A DNA stretch of 63,269 nucleotides, the filler included, from Octopus bimaculoides (lineage: Eukaryota): NCBI RefSeq assembly GCF_001194135.2. It is 6 parts of 5 records of this genome, joined end to end, with 100 filler letters (N's around TTAATTAATTAA, not from the genome) between each part and the next. Parts side by side here need not be neighbours in the genome. Positions count along the whole stretch, not along the records: positions 1 to 16,660 come from NC_068985.1; 5 more parts are not named here. The stretch is one strand, 5' to 3'. The stretch's first letter is position 1. Each line of letters starts with the position of its first letter. The position numbers and the translations under genes are program-made. Below, piece after piece: positions 1 to 12,929 of this stretch. The notes under the pieces are model-generated. The model was not told the origin of the DNA. It saw nothing but the letters and a program-made list of their open reading frames with translations, and made no database searches.

Positions 1-195
1 ATATATATATACGAAGGTGTCATTAATTCTATTATTATCCAATGTAACTATTTTAGGAATGATAATAACAGAATCAATGACACAGGCTACTGCAGGCCAA
101 AAAATACCATTAAATAACCGAGGGATTAAAATCAAAGGGCATACTAAGTATGTCTACCTGCTTGAAATAACAGTCAAAACTCGTTGGCGATTTAA

Positions 196-860
196 TAGTA
201 TTGCATTATTTTTTCAATAATATTGTTGAATGTTTTTCTTTGATTTATTGGTAAAATAAGTATTTTTATATAAATTGACTTGATATTTATTGTTAGTTGA
301 CATTCTATTTAACGATAAGTTAATAGTATAACGCTTAACATTTTAGTTTAAACCAAAATTTCGATAAGAATAGTGTTGCATTTATTTCCAATAATATTGT
401 TTAATGTTTCTCTTTGATTTGTTGGTAAAATAAGTATGTTTATATAAATTCATTTATTGTTAGCTAATATTCTAATAAACGCTAAATTAATAGTATAACG
501 TTTAAATTTTATTTTAAACTAAAGCTTCGATAAAATAATATTGTTAAATGTTTTTCTTTTATTTTTTGGTGAAATAAATATTTTTATATAAATTCATTTA
601 TTATTTTTGTTAGTTTATATTCTAATAACGTAAAGTTAATAATTTAACGTTTATAATTTTAGTTTAACCTAAAACTTCGATTAGATAAGTATTGCATTTA
701 TTTTCAATAATATTGTTAAACGTTTTTCTTTTATTCATTGGTATAAAAAATATTTTTACAATAATTCATTTGTTATACATTGTTAGCTGATATTCTAATA
801 AACGATATGTTAATAGCATAACGTTTAAATTTTAGTTTAAAGTAAAGCTTCGATAAGAAT
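196..860. repeat. AT-rich tandem repeat, about 165-175 nt x 4, resembling the PLE 3' UTR seen at about 34.0-34.2 kb and 41.6-41.9 kb
   Basis: Recurring blocks such as TTTTAGTTTAAAxxAAAxxTTCGATAAGAATA and AATAATATTGTTxAATGTTTTTCTTT occur four times; similar words recur at 34070-34200 and 41690-41900. Confidence 0.7.
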
Positions 861-940
861 AATTTCGCGAGCAAGCTGTTCCGTTGATCGGATCAACGGG
901 AACCCTCGACGTCGTAAGCAACGGAGTGCCAACAACAACA
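860..940 (+). mobile_element. 3' end of tRNA-derived SINE (family ending GGAGTGCCA) with (ACA)n tail
   Basis: Reverse-complement match to 5415-5490 and to the left end of the full copy at 54359-54672. Confidence 0.75.
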
Positions 941-1406
941 CTAGAGGTCTTAAAATATGATCTGGGTTATAAAAAATGGTTAAACATACTATAATACAAT
1001 GAGGCAGCTTGGCAGTCAAACAGATGACTTCCAACACGAACTAGTGACAAATGTATGAAGTAAATAATTCAGAGAAAACTACATTTGAATCTCTAAAATA
1101 TTGAACGCGTTAAAATAATACTGAGTCCATATGTTCACTCTTACATGTAACACATGTTTATGCCGTATTATACGGTGTGTATGAAGGTTAGAGTATGTGC
1201 GTTTTGTATATTATTTGATGCATTGTTAATTTCTGTTCCACTCGAATAGATTTTTCCACTTAAAATTACCTATCACGCAAATTTTAAAACTTCAGAATAT
1301 CTGCTTTGTATTTTTTTTTTAAGGTAATGCCTAGTCACACCACTCGCTTGCATACATACACGCTTGCATACATATGTACACATACTCACCACACATGAAT
1401 CCCCCC

Positions 1407-1487
<81 letters not shown>

Positions 1488-1584
1488 CATACAGTGTATG
1501 TAAATTGTCGTTGTTTATATTTTTAATTTCACGCATGGGTATCGTTTGTTTTTTAATTTTGTCGATGACAGTATAGCAAGGTCG

Positions 1585-1760
1585 GTTGGGCACCGTCTGT
1601 GAGATAAACAGCACCATGGCACAATTCACTCTGCCAGAAATTTGGAAACGACATGCTGCACTACTTGGTATTCGAGTCGGAAGCATCAATAGGAACATTT
1701 CAGAGTGTTCGGGTGTCAATCTGAGGACAGTGAAATCTGAGAACATGTACCGAGAGTTAT
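1585..1760 (+). mobile_element. Possible Tc1-like transposase N-terminal (HTH) fragment
   Basis: Translates MAQFTLPEIWKRHAALLGIRVGSINRNISECSGVNLRTV, an HTH-like start; family assignment is from recall only. Confidence 0.35.
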
Positions 1761-1799
1761 AAAAAACAAACATCCAGTCAACATAACGATGATTGGAGT

Positions 1800-3720
1800 G
1801 ATCACTAGTGATGGCGAGGTTACGCCTCCAAGGACAGCTTCCTCTTTGCCCATTTCTGGGTAAGACTAGCTATCCTGTTCGTCATTTCAACCTGGAGGTC
1901 GGGACCGAACCCGACCCTGAGCAGTTTAAGTGATCTGTCTGACTAGTGCTCGACGCCACCGTCCGACGGCATCGGCCTGCCTCTCCAGGTGCCCAGTCGT
2001 AACCCCACCGACTTGTCGGCGTTAATTTGGCCCCTGTAACCGATTCATATATCTTTAGAATGGAGCCAACTGTCTCCACTTTGGATTTATCCGACACCTT
2101 GACAGTGACGTCGTCCGTGTGAGACGTCATTACTCTTCCGTGTCCCAATTCGAAAGGGATGCCCCTTAAAACTATTCCAACTTCCGTAGCAGTGGCTCGA
2201 GAGCCAGCACGTATAGAAGACATGACAGCGGGCAGCCCTGACTCTCCGAGCGTGCGATGCTAAACGGTTCCGATAGATGGCTGTTTACTTTAACCACTGA
2301 GCGGGTGCTGCTGTGTATTGCGGCTTCTGAAAACAGGTCCCAAACAGACCGTTTCAGGACGGTTTCCAAGTAGTGATGTTCATCCGGTCGAATGCTTTCC
2401 ACTGATCTAAATTCATCAGGGCCCTATCGAAGTCAGTTTTAATCCTGCCTTCTCTACGATGTATCGCATAAGGTGGAGGTTGCCGTGGATAGCCCTATTC
2501 GGGATTGCGCACATTTATGCTTTCCTGACTACACTACCAACGACAAGTGTCAAACTTTTCGCTAAGACTTTGGCCAAAATATCAAACTCTGTTTAGCAGA
2601 GTTATGGGCCGAAAATTCCCTAGTACATTCCAATGGTCGGCGTCTTTCTTCAGTAGCGTTACCACACATCGGATAACAGCACTAGTAATTATCCTGGTTT
2701 GTTGCCAGTTGCGGCAGACGTCTGCTAAGTGGCCGCCAAGTAACTTTGGAATGAATACATAGACAATCCAAACCGGACGATTTGCGACTTATGCAACGAC
2801 TCATTTCCGTTATCAGTATTTCAGTGGTCGTTATCGGCCTTTCGTAAAACCTCGGGTCCGCTGCAGAGAACCGCGCAGGCCGTCCGGGTACGAACTAAAA
2901 CTCCCGTTACTGTCGTTGACCCTTTGCACTATCCCACTATCCAAACAGATGCGCGAAATGCTGCTGGAAAGCTGCACACATCTGCTCGGAACAGTGTAGC
3001 ACGCGCCCGTTCTGATCCGTCAAAAGCCTGATCGTAGTTTTTTGCCATGTCGCGTCTCTACGGTTCAGGTCCATCGAACGTCTGTAGTTCTCCCATGTTT
3101 GAGAGCACAGGACTTAGCTCTGACAACGTATCCTCCGTGTTTCGCCTCAAAGAAATGGTCAAGGGCCATTCTCGCTGCTAACACGTCAGTCGCAATGGCT
3201 TTTACTAATCACCCCTTCAAGTTTCTATCTGATTCTCCCTCTAATTTATTTCTATCTATTGCGAACTCTTTGTTAAACACTATCGATTCTACTCTAATTG
3301 CCCCCTCCAAAGCGATCCGTCACCGGTTGTTGACGATTGACTCTGTCAACTGCCGCTTAACTAGTTTGCTAATCTGGTCCCTGTAGCCAATGCGTACCAG
3401 AAAGGATGCGTTCAACTTCATGTAATCGGGTCCCTGTCTATAGGTCCTATCTAAATCGACCGTGCAGATCACAAATTTGTGGTCTGCGTAGCCGACCAAT
3501 TTTAATTGTGGACACCCTATGCTTTCCCTATCCGCTGATCTAACAAATACTCTACTTGGATACGATCTGCGTGACCTATTGTGGTTGCTCCGTGTCCACA
3601 CTGGCACATCAGGGAAAGCCAGTCGATACTTGTCAGACAGCTGGAAGCTCTTCCAAAGTTCTTGCACCCACTACTATGTACAAGCCTCACACAGTCCTTC
3701 TGTGCGTCCGAAATACTATT
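1800..3720 (-). mobile_element. Degenerate L1/Tx1-clade LINE ORF2 (APE endonuclease C-terminal part plus reverse transcriptase)
   Basis: Minus-strand motifs in order: YADHKFV and GPDYMKLN (EN SDH / GxGYWKLN), NFRPITLLN, SQGCPLSCLLYVLALEPLL, SHTDDVTV (YADD equivalent), GAKL; multiple stops and frameshifts. Confidence 0.9.
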
Positions 3721-4447
3721 CCAGCCCTTTCCTAATATTAAAGTGTGAGACTTTTCCAGGAATGAGCAATAAAAATATGACTAACAATACGATGGAGTGT
3801 AATGAGTTGAATCTATTTAAAAAAACAGGCTATTACTTTCGATCATGCTTTGTGTTAGGACTTGGCGCGAAGGTTGTTAGCCTGTGGGCAGAAAAGAGGA
3901 AAGGTATCGTTGAATGGGGTCTGCGTCAGAGGAAAGTTTCTGAAGTGTGAGCAAAGGACTCGAATGTTTTAAGTATGTGGCCCATCAAAGATAACGTTTT
4001 GTGTGCGATAGATAGGAAATAACTGAACTTAGTATACTATAAGTGGATAGAAAGAATGGCAAGACATTTAGCCGCAATAATGACGCAAGTAACGCATATT
4101 GTTATTAGTAAGATACATATGAAGATTTCTTGTGATGTAGAAGTTGAAAAAGAAGTGAAGTATGCTATTTAACCAAACGAATAACTTATCTTGAAAGGAG
4201 GTATTTCCTTTCAGAATTAAGATTTGGGAAATAGATTTCCGTTTGCACAAACCCAGCAGTCATTTGAGGGCAATAACACTTTATACTGAAAGTAGCTCTT
4301 TAAAAGAAATCATTAATGTCAACACGAACCACGCATAACACTGATATACAACGAAAACATTTATCCAGTACTACATCACTATGGCTAAATTTGTGAGAAA
4401 ACAATAACTCCCACTCATATCTTTTGAATATTCTTTTCGTTATTCCC

Positions 4448-4772
4448 GTAAAAGGATCCCCTTCAGTCATGAATGACCATGGGATTACACCTAGAAAGTT
4501 CTCTTCCAAGGCAAAAGTCCGAGCAAGATTGTTTATGGAAGACCATATTAGCCACCACTCTCCACACCACCGATGTTATCCATGGGAGAGGCGAAGACCG
4601 ATACAGGTTGGCACCAGTGACGTCGCAACTCATTTCTACAGCTGAATGAACTGGAGCAACGTAAAATAAAAATATCTTGTTTAAGAACTCAACACACAAC
4701 CCGGTCGGGGAATCGAACTCACAACATGGTTGGAAGCCCAACGCTCTAATCAGTGAGCCATGTGCCTTCCGC
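4448..4772 (-). mobile_element. tRNA-derived SINE (family shared with 36755-37090)
   Basis: Minus strand has an A-box-like TGGCTCACTGATT and B box GAGTTCGATTCCC, followed by a body colinear with 36755-37090. Confidence 0.8.
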
Positions 4773-4805
4773 TATGATTTCTATATAGATTCCACTACGA
4801 GAAGA

Positions 4806-4935
4806 CTTGTAGCCTAGCGGTAAAAGAGTTCGGCTTACGACTACGTTGTTATAAATTCAATTATAGGCCCAGGCACTGCGTTTTTCCTTCAGCAAATCTT
4901 ATCATTTCGCGTTGCTCAAGTCTACTCTGCTGGAG
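4806..4935 (+). mobile_element. Degenerate SINE head, head-to-head with the preceding SINE
   Basis: TAGCCTAGCGGT (A box), AATTCAATT (decayed B box) and a body like the other SINE heads. Confidence 0.5.
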
Positions 4936-5293
4936 CCCCTAGTTTAATTTTTGACGTAGTACCAGTGATTTTAGAGTGTTTCTGGTAGTGGAAATATCAA
5001 AACCTTACCTTTTCTCAAGTGGAGAATTTTCACTGTAGTGGTGCACCGGATGTAACAGTGTTGCTTGTTACCAGTAGTAACATTTTGCTAGGGCTGTGAA
5101 GGTCGAATTCATTATTCGTGGCTGATGACTCGTAACACTGCAGAAAATCATACAATTCACGATCCAATAGCATCACAAATCTCCCAGCATATTTCCACGT
5201 ATATTGTCTTGGGAAAGAAATTTCTCCTGAAACTATTTCCGCTGAGAAAGGGCTTCTCGAGTTAGACTGTACAAGTATGTGTTACATCTAATT

Positions 5294-5296
<3 letters not shown>

Positions 5297-5335
<39 letters not shown>

Positions 5336-5361
5336 CAACACACACACACACACACACACAC

Positions 5362-5416
<55 letters not shown>
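5297..5416. repeat. (CA)n followed by (TG)n compound microsatellite
   Basis: Directly visible. Confidence 0.95.
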
Positions 5417-5417
<1 letters not shown>

Positions 5418-5597
5418 CACTCCGTCGGTTGCGACGACGGAGGTTCCATTTGATCCAATCAACGGAACAGCCTGCGCGTAAATTTAACGTGCAGGTGGCT
5501 GAGCACTCCACAGACACGCGTACCCTTAATGTAGTTCTGGGGCAGATTCAACGTGAGGCAGAGTGTGATAAGGCTGGCCCTTTGAAATACAGGTACA
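5415..5597 (-). mobile_element. SINE 3' half (GGAGTGCCA family)
   Basis: Colinear with 54359-54540. Confidence 0.8.
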
Positions 5598-5619
5598 ACA
5601 GAAACAGGAAGAAAGAGTG

Positions 5620-6740
5620 AGAAAGTTGTGGTGAAAGAGGAAGAAAATACGCTACTGTGGAGGTGCGTTTTGCACCAGAAGAGGAAGCAATTAAGCACTC
5701 CATGGAGGCAATAAAATTGGAAAAATGGGTACTTTTGCCATCGTACTGTGGCAAACGTGTGGCCAGGGTGCGAGTTGGCAACGTGTCCCCAGAGCTGAAA
5801 GAAGCATGGCTGATGACAGCCATAATACATGACATGAATGAGGAGGCCAGGATACAGAAGGCCACAAGAACTCAATGAGTTAACTACTGGGGATATGGAA
5901 TAGTTAACCGTTCAAGCAACAGTGGAAGACCGAAACAGAATTGTCGAAGAGATAGTGCTGCCCGATGACGTAAGATTGAGAGTGGTGGTGGAAGGCAGGT
6001 CGCCTATATGTTATACATGTGGGGAAAAGGGCCACATGAAGGCGAGGTGCTCCCAGAAGGAACAAGATAGAACAGACGTAGAGGCAGGAGAGCACGGACC
6101 AGGTAGTACAGGTCGAGATAAAGGAGAAAGCAAATGAGGAGGGGTTTACGGTGTTTAAAAAAAGAAAGAGAAGTGGGAGAGTAAGCTCTCCACCATAGCA
6201 GTAGAAAAAGAAGAAAGAAGAGATGGAAAAGAAGGAGACCAGAAGGAAAGAAGACGAAATGGTAGCGGATAAAATAAGCGAAAAGAAATTGAAATGTTCA
6301 AGGAGGAGTTGCATAAGGAAAAGACATTGGTGAGGGCCCCGGTTGTTCCAGTGAAGGAAGAAAATTTAGAAATGCAACTGGAGAGACTGTTGAGACTGGC
6401 GGAAGAAAAGAAGAAGGTACCCGGAGCGGAGCAGGAAAACAGAAAACTAATGAGAAAAGGAAAATTTCGATGGAATTTTGTGACGTACGCAAAAAGCAAA
6501 GAAACTGAAAAGAAAGTATTAAAGTTTAAACATATTATAAGAGTAAAGTTGCCCACGGATGTGTATTCCGAGAATGTGAAGGCCATCGTGGTGGACAAGG
6601 ACACCTACGACAGACTAAAAGGCATAAGTGGAGAAGGGATTGACCCGCCAGGAGTGACGGAGGAGTTCGATGAATTGCCACCTGTAGTGGAGCTAAATGA
6701 TTTAGAACCGTTCCTGAGATTAAAAAGGAAAAAAAAGTAA
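5620..6740 (+). mobile_element. Degenerate gag-like ORF1 of a non-LTR retrotransposon (Tx1-like) with CCHC zinc knuckle
   Basis: VRVGNV... then RVVVEGRSPICYTCGEKGHMKARC (CX2CX4HX4C), a Lys/Glu-rich region and a 148-aa C-terminal ORF (6294-6740); broken by stops and frameshifts. Confidence 0.8.
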
Positions 6741-7023
6741 AATTGTTTTATTGAAGAAAGAAGAAGAAAGAAAANNNNNNNNNNNNNNNNNNNNNNNNNN
6801 NNNNNNNNNNNNNNNNNNNNNNNNNNNNNNNNNNNNNNNNNNNNNNNNNNNNNNNNNNNNNNNNNNNNNNNNNNNNNNNNNNNNNNNNNNNNNNNNNNNN
6901 NNNNNNNNNNNNNNNNNNNNNNNNNNNNNNNNNNNNNNNNNNNNNTGTAAATAGTTTATATAAACGTTTAAATGATACTGCATGGGAGTGGGGCCCATGC
7001 AGCCATTTCATTTCTCATTTTTA

Positions 7024-7254
7024 TATTGGGTTGTCAGGAAAGTTCGTGCCGATTTATAATAGCTTACCTTTCGATTTATTTGCCAGGAAACCACCTCAAT
7101 TCTGGGAAGAAGGTATTTTCAAGTTAAAGGAAAGATGGAGACGCATTGTGCACAAAAATGGTTCGTATTTGGTTGATTAAAAATGTAATGGCAAGTATTT
7201 ATTGACCTTTTTCTTTCCTTTAAAAATCGGCACGAACTTTCCAGACAACCTTAT
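7024..7254. mobile_element. Mariner-type MITE
   Basis: About 28-bp TIRs GGTTGTCxGGAAAGTTCGTGCCGATTT at both ends, flanked by TA. Confidence 0.8.
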
Positions 7255-7367
7255 ATAACATCTCATTTTCATTCGTTTTATGTTTTTGTCACCACTGTGG
7301 TGTGGCTGTAGTGCCCAAATAAAGAAACATTGGCGGAGGCTTGCGCTCTCTGAGCGCTCTTATTACA

Positions 7368-7428
<61 letters not shown>

Positions 7429-8149
7429 GCATACATACATGCATACATATATTATTGATCACTGAGGTTGGATAGTGAAAGAAATATATATTTGCTTTCT
7501 CATGTTTGAATCATTCGAGTGCCACTAACTGCTTTCTATAGTGAGAATCACTGGATCTCATCTGTTAACAAGTTATATATATATATATATAACATGTTTT
7601 AGACGTGATAGCAAAATGTCGTCGTGTTGTTAGTAGTGGAGACGGTTAGTGCTCATACATTTAGGTTAAGCTGAAGTGGCTTTTTTGTCCTTTTCAGTAC
7701 TGAAGTCGACATGTGATAATTCGATAGTGGTAGTTGAAATGTCTGCACTTATTTGGGTCAACTGATGTGCCTGTTGCATATATACGATGTATAAATCATT
7801 TCTTTATGTGCCTTTTCATGTCACAATATAACTTTTATTTTATGTTGTTGTTTTTGTATATATATGCTACTGCTTGAGTTACTGTGTTTTCAAAATGTTT
7901 TTTCCTGCTTTCATAGCAACGTTCCAGCCAAACCACTCAGAGAGACGTGCACGTACGCTTATGTGTGTAATAGGCAGGGTCGAAATTTCATATTCTGATT
8001 CCACATATTGCTTGGTGTTCAGAAAATCATAAAACCACATATAACGTAAAAAGAATGTAAATTCTTAATGATTATTATGATATGCAAAAACAAAAATTAT
8101 GCACGGACCCCAAACGAAATACATGAACAGTGAACACCATAAAATAAAC

Positions 8150-9488
8150 ATTAATAGTATTTACTATTTATTTAAATGACCATTGTCTTTTCCAGTCAAA
8201 GTGACGTAAACTTTGTCTTGATTTCTGTACATGTAATATAAATTTGTGCTTATTTTCGTAGCCTATTCTGACTTCACAAGCTTTTGTTACTAAATTTATA
8301 GCATGCTCGACTCCTTGGTTATGACGAGGAAGAGGTATTGCTATTAATGGCCCTGAACGAGCTTTAAGAAGATCAACATTTGTAAAGTTCCATAACCTGG
8401 AGCGGATGTTATAACATTATTTTTCCAGTTAATCAAATCTACATATTCCGGAGCATTCGGGTAAAAGTTCGTGCTTTAATAATTCACTGAATTGCTACTT
8501 CCCTTATTTTTCTTCTTTCATCATTCAGCATAGTCAGTAAAATATTCTTCGGATAGGAAAAAATATGAATTAGCTTTTAACGATTTCTCCATAACTTCTT
8601 TATGATCTTGGTTCATATCTTGCATTAGAAGTGCAAATATTTGCTTCTTCATGTAACTTTGGGTGAGATTTAATCCAGAACCAGCTTGGAGCATAAACTT
8701 GCGTTATGGTTTTCACAAGATCCATAATATTCTTTTGGGGATTTTTTCCGAAACATCTAAGCGAAGAATTCTCTTTGCACGTGTTAACCACTTTGCATGG
8801 TGGATTTTACCAGGTTATCTTGCTGCTAACTGCTCAGAAGCAAACCCTGACTCTATACTGAGACACGTCATACATATATTTTTGACTTGAGCTTAAGGTA
8901 TAAACAACTTCTAATGGCAATTCCTTCACTTTAGTTTTTACAGGAGAAAATTTGATTATCATTAAGTTTGTTACATCTTCTTTAATTTTATTGCTAATTA
9001 AACCTTTTGATGTTCGTGGTCCTGTTGCTTTTCCATCTATGGATTCAAATACGTGTCCAAACGGAAGCTTATTTGCACATAGCAGGTATATCAGCCACTG
9101 AAGTGGTTTATTTAAGTATAATTAAATTATTTTCATTATCCCTCCTAAATGACCAGTGTCTACTGGAGTACCATCACATAATACAGCCTTTATACTTTCT
9201 TGACTGTCATAATCAATTAAAAAAGTAATAATTTCTTCTGCAATGCAACTAGCTGTTCCATTATCTGGGGTAACATGATTTAAATACTCATCACCGGGTT
9301 CTCACAATAACATAGTGCTCTTCACTTTCCATCCTTCTTGCTGTTTTAGTTTCATCCTTTCTGCCATCAAAACCGGGCAGTCGTTTTGCATTTTCTGTTT
9401 TCATTTCTATAATATTGTTTCTTCCAACTCCTTTTCTTTGTATTTCAAATATCTAGCACATTTTTATCATCTAAAATTCCCATACCTC
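8150..9488 (-). mobile_element. Degenerate hAT-related (hATm-like) transposase
   Basis: Minus-strand fragments: EPGDEYLNHVTP, LCDGTPVDTG, PLQWLIYLLCANKLPFGHVFESIDG, PGKIHHAKWLT, QVYAPSWF, PRHNQGVEHAINLVT. These match a recalled motif order (CDGT..NTG, WL.C.LH.NEL, H.RWLT, PCH.QAVER). Left end approximate; runs into a gap. Confidence 0.7.
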
Positions 9489-10181
9489 NNNNNNNNNNNN
9501 NNNNNNNNNNNNNNNNNNNNNNNNNNNNNNNNNNNNNNNNNNNNNNNNNNNNNNNNNNNNNNNNNNNNNNNNNNNNNNNNNNNNNNNNNNNNNNNNNNNN
9601 NNNNNNNNNNNNNNNNNNNNNNNNNNNNNNNNNNNNNNNNNNNNNNNNNNNNNNNNNNNNNNNNNNNNNNNNNNNNNNNNNNNNNNNNNNNNNNNNNNNN
9701 NNNNNNNNNNNNNNNNNNNNNNNNNNNNNNNNNNNNNNNNNNNNNNNNNNNNNNNNNNNNNNNNNNNNNNNNNNNNNNNNNNNNNNNNNNNNNNNNNNNN
9801 NNNNNNNNNNNNNNNNNNNNNNNNNNNNNNNNNNNNNNNNNNNNNNNNNNNNNNNNNNNNNNNNNNNNNNNNNNNNNNNNNNNNNNNNATAAACATTTTC
9901 AATTGCTATTTTTCGTGAGATGTATAAAAAAAATATGTCTATCTCATGAAACCTCATTATATTTACACGATATTTTATTATTCTTGAAAAATATGTTTTT
10001 TATTGATGGAGTCGAAACAACTGTAATTTATGAGATGTATCATTTGTTTATATAAAATAATAAAATTGAATTGAAGTTATCTTTTAATGATTAAATTATT
10101 TAATTATTCAATTTGTTGTTTTGGTTTCCATTTCTAATTTATATACATACATACATACATACATGCATTCATATATATATA

Positions 10182-10220
<39 letters not shown>

Positions 10221-10390
10221 TTATGTAGATATAGGTATACATAGAAAGAGAAAGAGAGAAAGGGAGAGAGGAGAAAGATTCGTGTGTGACGCGTATGTAT
10301 ATATGTGTATAAATAATTTGAAGTGGAAAAATCCATCCGAGGCAACATAAATTAACAATACATTAAACGATATACAGAATGCACATACTC

Positions 10391-10473
<83 letters not shown>

Positions 10474-12530
10474 GTATAATAGGGCACAAACATGTGTTAC
10501 ATGTAAGTGTGCACATATGGACTCGGTATTGTTGTTTTAACTAGTTCGATATTTTATTGACTCAAATTTTGTTTTCTCTGAATTATTTAGTTCATACATT
10601 TATCACTAGTTAATGTTGGAAATCAATGTTTTTGTTATTTTTATCCACCAGATGTTTTAAATAAGGATTCTACANNNNNNNNNNNNNNNNNNNNNNNNNN
10701 NNNNNNNNNNNNNNNNNNNNNNNNNNNNNNNNNNNNNNNNNNNNNNNNNNNNNNNNNNNNNNNNNNNNNNNNNNNNNNNNNNNNNNNNNNNNNNNNNNNN
10801 NNNNNNNNNNNNNNNNNNNNNNNNNNNNNNNNNNNNNNNNNNNNNNNNNNNNNNNNNNNNNNNNNNNNNNNNNNNNNNNNNNNNNNNNNNNNNNNNNNNN
10901 NNNNNNNNNNNNNNNNNNNNNNNNNNNNNNNNNNNNNNNNNNNNNNNNNNNNNNNNNNNNNNNNNNNNNNNNNNNNNNNNNNNNNNNNNNNNNNNNNNNN
11001 NNNNNNNNNNNNNNNNNNNNNCTAGTCTGTAGTTTACGTTGTACCTTAATATATATATTTCAACGGATCAAAATAAATATATGCTATACGTAGCTGAAAG
11101 AATTCAGATGCTTTTTAGGTTTAGGAACTCTAGCATTCTGCTGAATCTTAGATCCGAAATTTTCTGCGGTTGTAAACATATGGTTAAGTTGCTGTTGACA
11201 AATTGGAAAGTATCGCCCTCTCCCCCAATTGAGCGACTGTACTGCAGACTCTACGCCACTATATTTTCAGCCTTATATTTTTACTGTCAAATGAGAAATA
11301 ACTCTAATTCCTCTCTTTTTGCTTCTTTCTGGTTTCATTTTCGTTTTTCATTTTTTTCAACCTTCCAGCTTTTATATCTACTTTCTCGCTTTTTCTCTCA
11401 TCCAATTGTCCTATTTTTTGCTTGTTATGCCATGTGGGCAGTGCCTGAAGATTGCACTGAAACACCAGACGTGTTAAAAAATGTCTGGCATTCTTTCATC
11501 ACATGAAACTAATAGCAGCACATAAAAACATATATAACGTTTATTAAAAAATAGTTATCTCTCAATAGATGGAGTACTTTTTTTGTTTATCTTAGCATCA
11601 CGGAACAGTGCACTACACAGACACACACGTACACACACACATACACGATATATCCATCTAAAATTATACAATATACAGCGAACCACATTTGTGTTTCTAA
11701 AAACTGGTTACATTCCAGAAGACAAGCACAGCCACCACCAGCTGGAAGTAAGTAATTTTCTAACAGTATATATATCTGCGGTATTGAAGTTGGCGTAAAC
11801 CACAACGCAATTTTGCAGTAGTTATTTTACGCGTAGATATGATATTCTGAATTCTGAAAGAGTTCAGTATAAAGTTGGCATCCTGGAGCTCTTCACCTTC
11901 ATCTGATGAGTGTACATAATGCGGTTTAATTTCAGTGTCTTTCATTTTCCTATCAAAAGGGACTAGACACCTTTTCCGTTGTTGCACATACACCGATGAG
12001 TGTAGTTATTTCACGTTAGTTGAACGTTAACGTCTAACAATACATACACACATACATACATACATACATACATACATACATACATACATACAAATGTACA
12101 AAGAAACATATATACATCCAAAGGCACGTATATGTGTATATGTGTANNNNNNNNNNNNNNNNNNNNNNATATGCATGCATGTATGCATACATTCATGCAT
12201 ACGTACATATATGAGTATTTCTAAGTTTCTGAGGAACCTAGGAATGCTCGATTTCACAGAAATTGACGCTGATTCTCCAAATTCACTCTGCTAGTGGTGC
12301 GCTGATTGTTTGTAAGACATTCCAAAAATTCTCCATGTGAGATTCTTATGTGAAGAGATGCACACATTTGGATGTATGCATTGGCAGTTCAAGCAGCAAA
12401 CCAACTCAACCATATGTTTACAAACACCGGGAACTCTCTTAATTCAAAAAGTCATGTTGTTCTATTAGACACTGGCTTGAACTCGCCCAAGAACTTAAAT
12501 TAAACTCAAAGAAGAATTATGCAAATCATA

Positions 12531-12836
12531 TAGGCGCAGGCGCGGTTGTGTGGTAAGAATTTTGCTTCTCAGCTACATGGTTCCGGGTTTATTTTACGTG
12601 GTACCTTGGACAAATGCCTTCTATTATAGCCTCGGGCTAACCAAAGCCTTCTGAGAGGATTTCTCAGTCTGTGTCTATGTTTGTCCCTCATCACCGCTTG
12701 ACAACCGATAGAATAAGTACTAGCCTTGAAAAGATTACGCCCTAGTGTTGATTTGTTCGTCTAAAAACCTTTCAAGGTGATGCCGCAGCATAGTGGCAGT
12801 CAAATGACTGAACCAAATAAAAGATAAAAGATGAAG
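12531..12836 (+). mobile_element. tRNA-derived CORE-like SINE (octopus OR-type)
   Basis: GGCGCAGG..TGTGTGGTAAG head, ACCTTGGACAAATG CORE-like segment, and (TAAAAGA)n tail; colinear with 34525-34869. Confidence 0.85.
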
Positions 12837-12929
12837 ATACATGCATATGCATATTCATACTTGCATGCATAGAGTGCATGTCTATATACATAGGCATGTA
12901 GCCACATACATGCAGACATATATACACAT

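Noticed and set aside
4700-4772. tRNA genes at A/B-box motifs
   Set aside because: All continue into shared SINE bodies and lack cloverleaf 3' acceptor stems.
11444-11480. CTGAAGA..GAAAC hammerhead-like motif
   Set aside because: Only 7 nt lie between the core halves with no stem II; AGTGC/GCACT pairs across the core instead.
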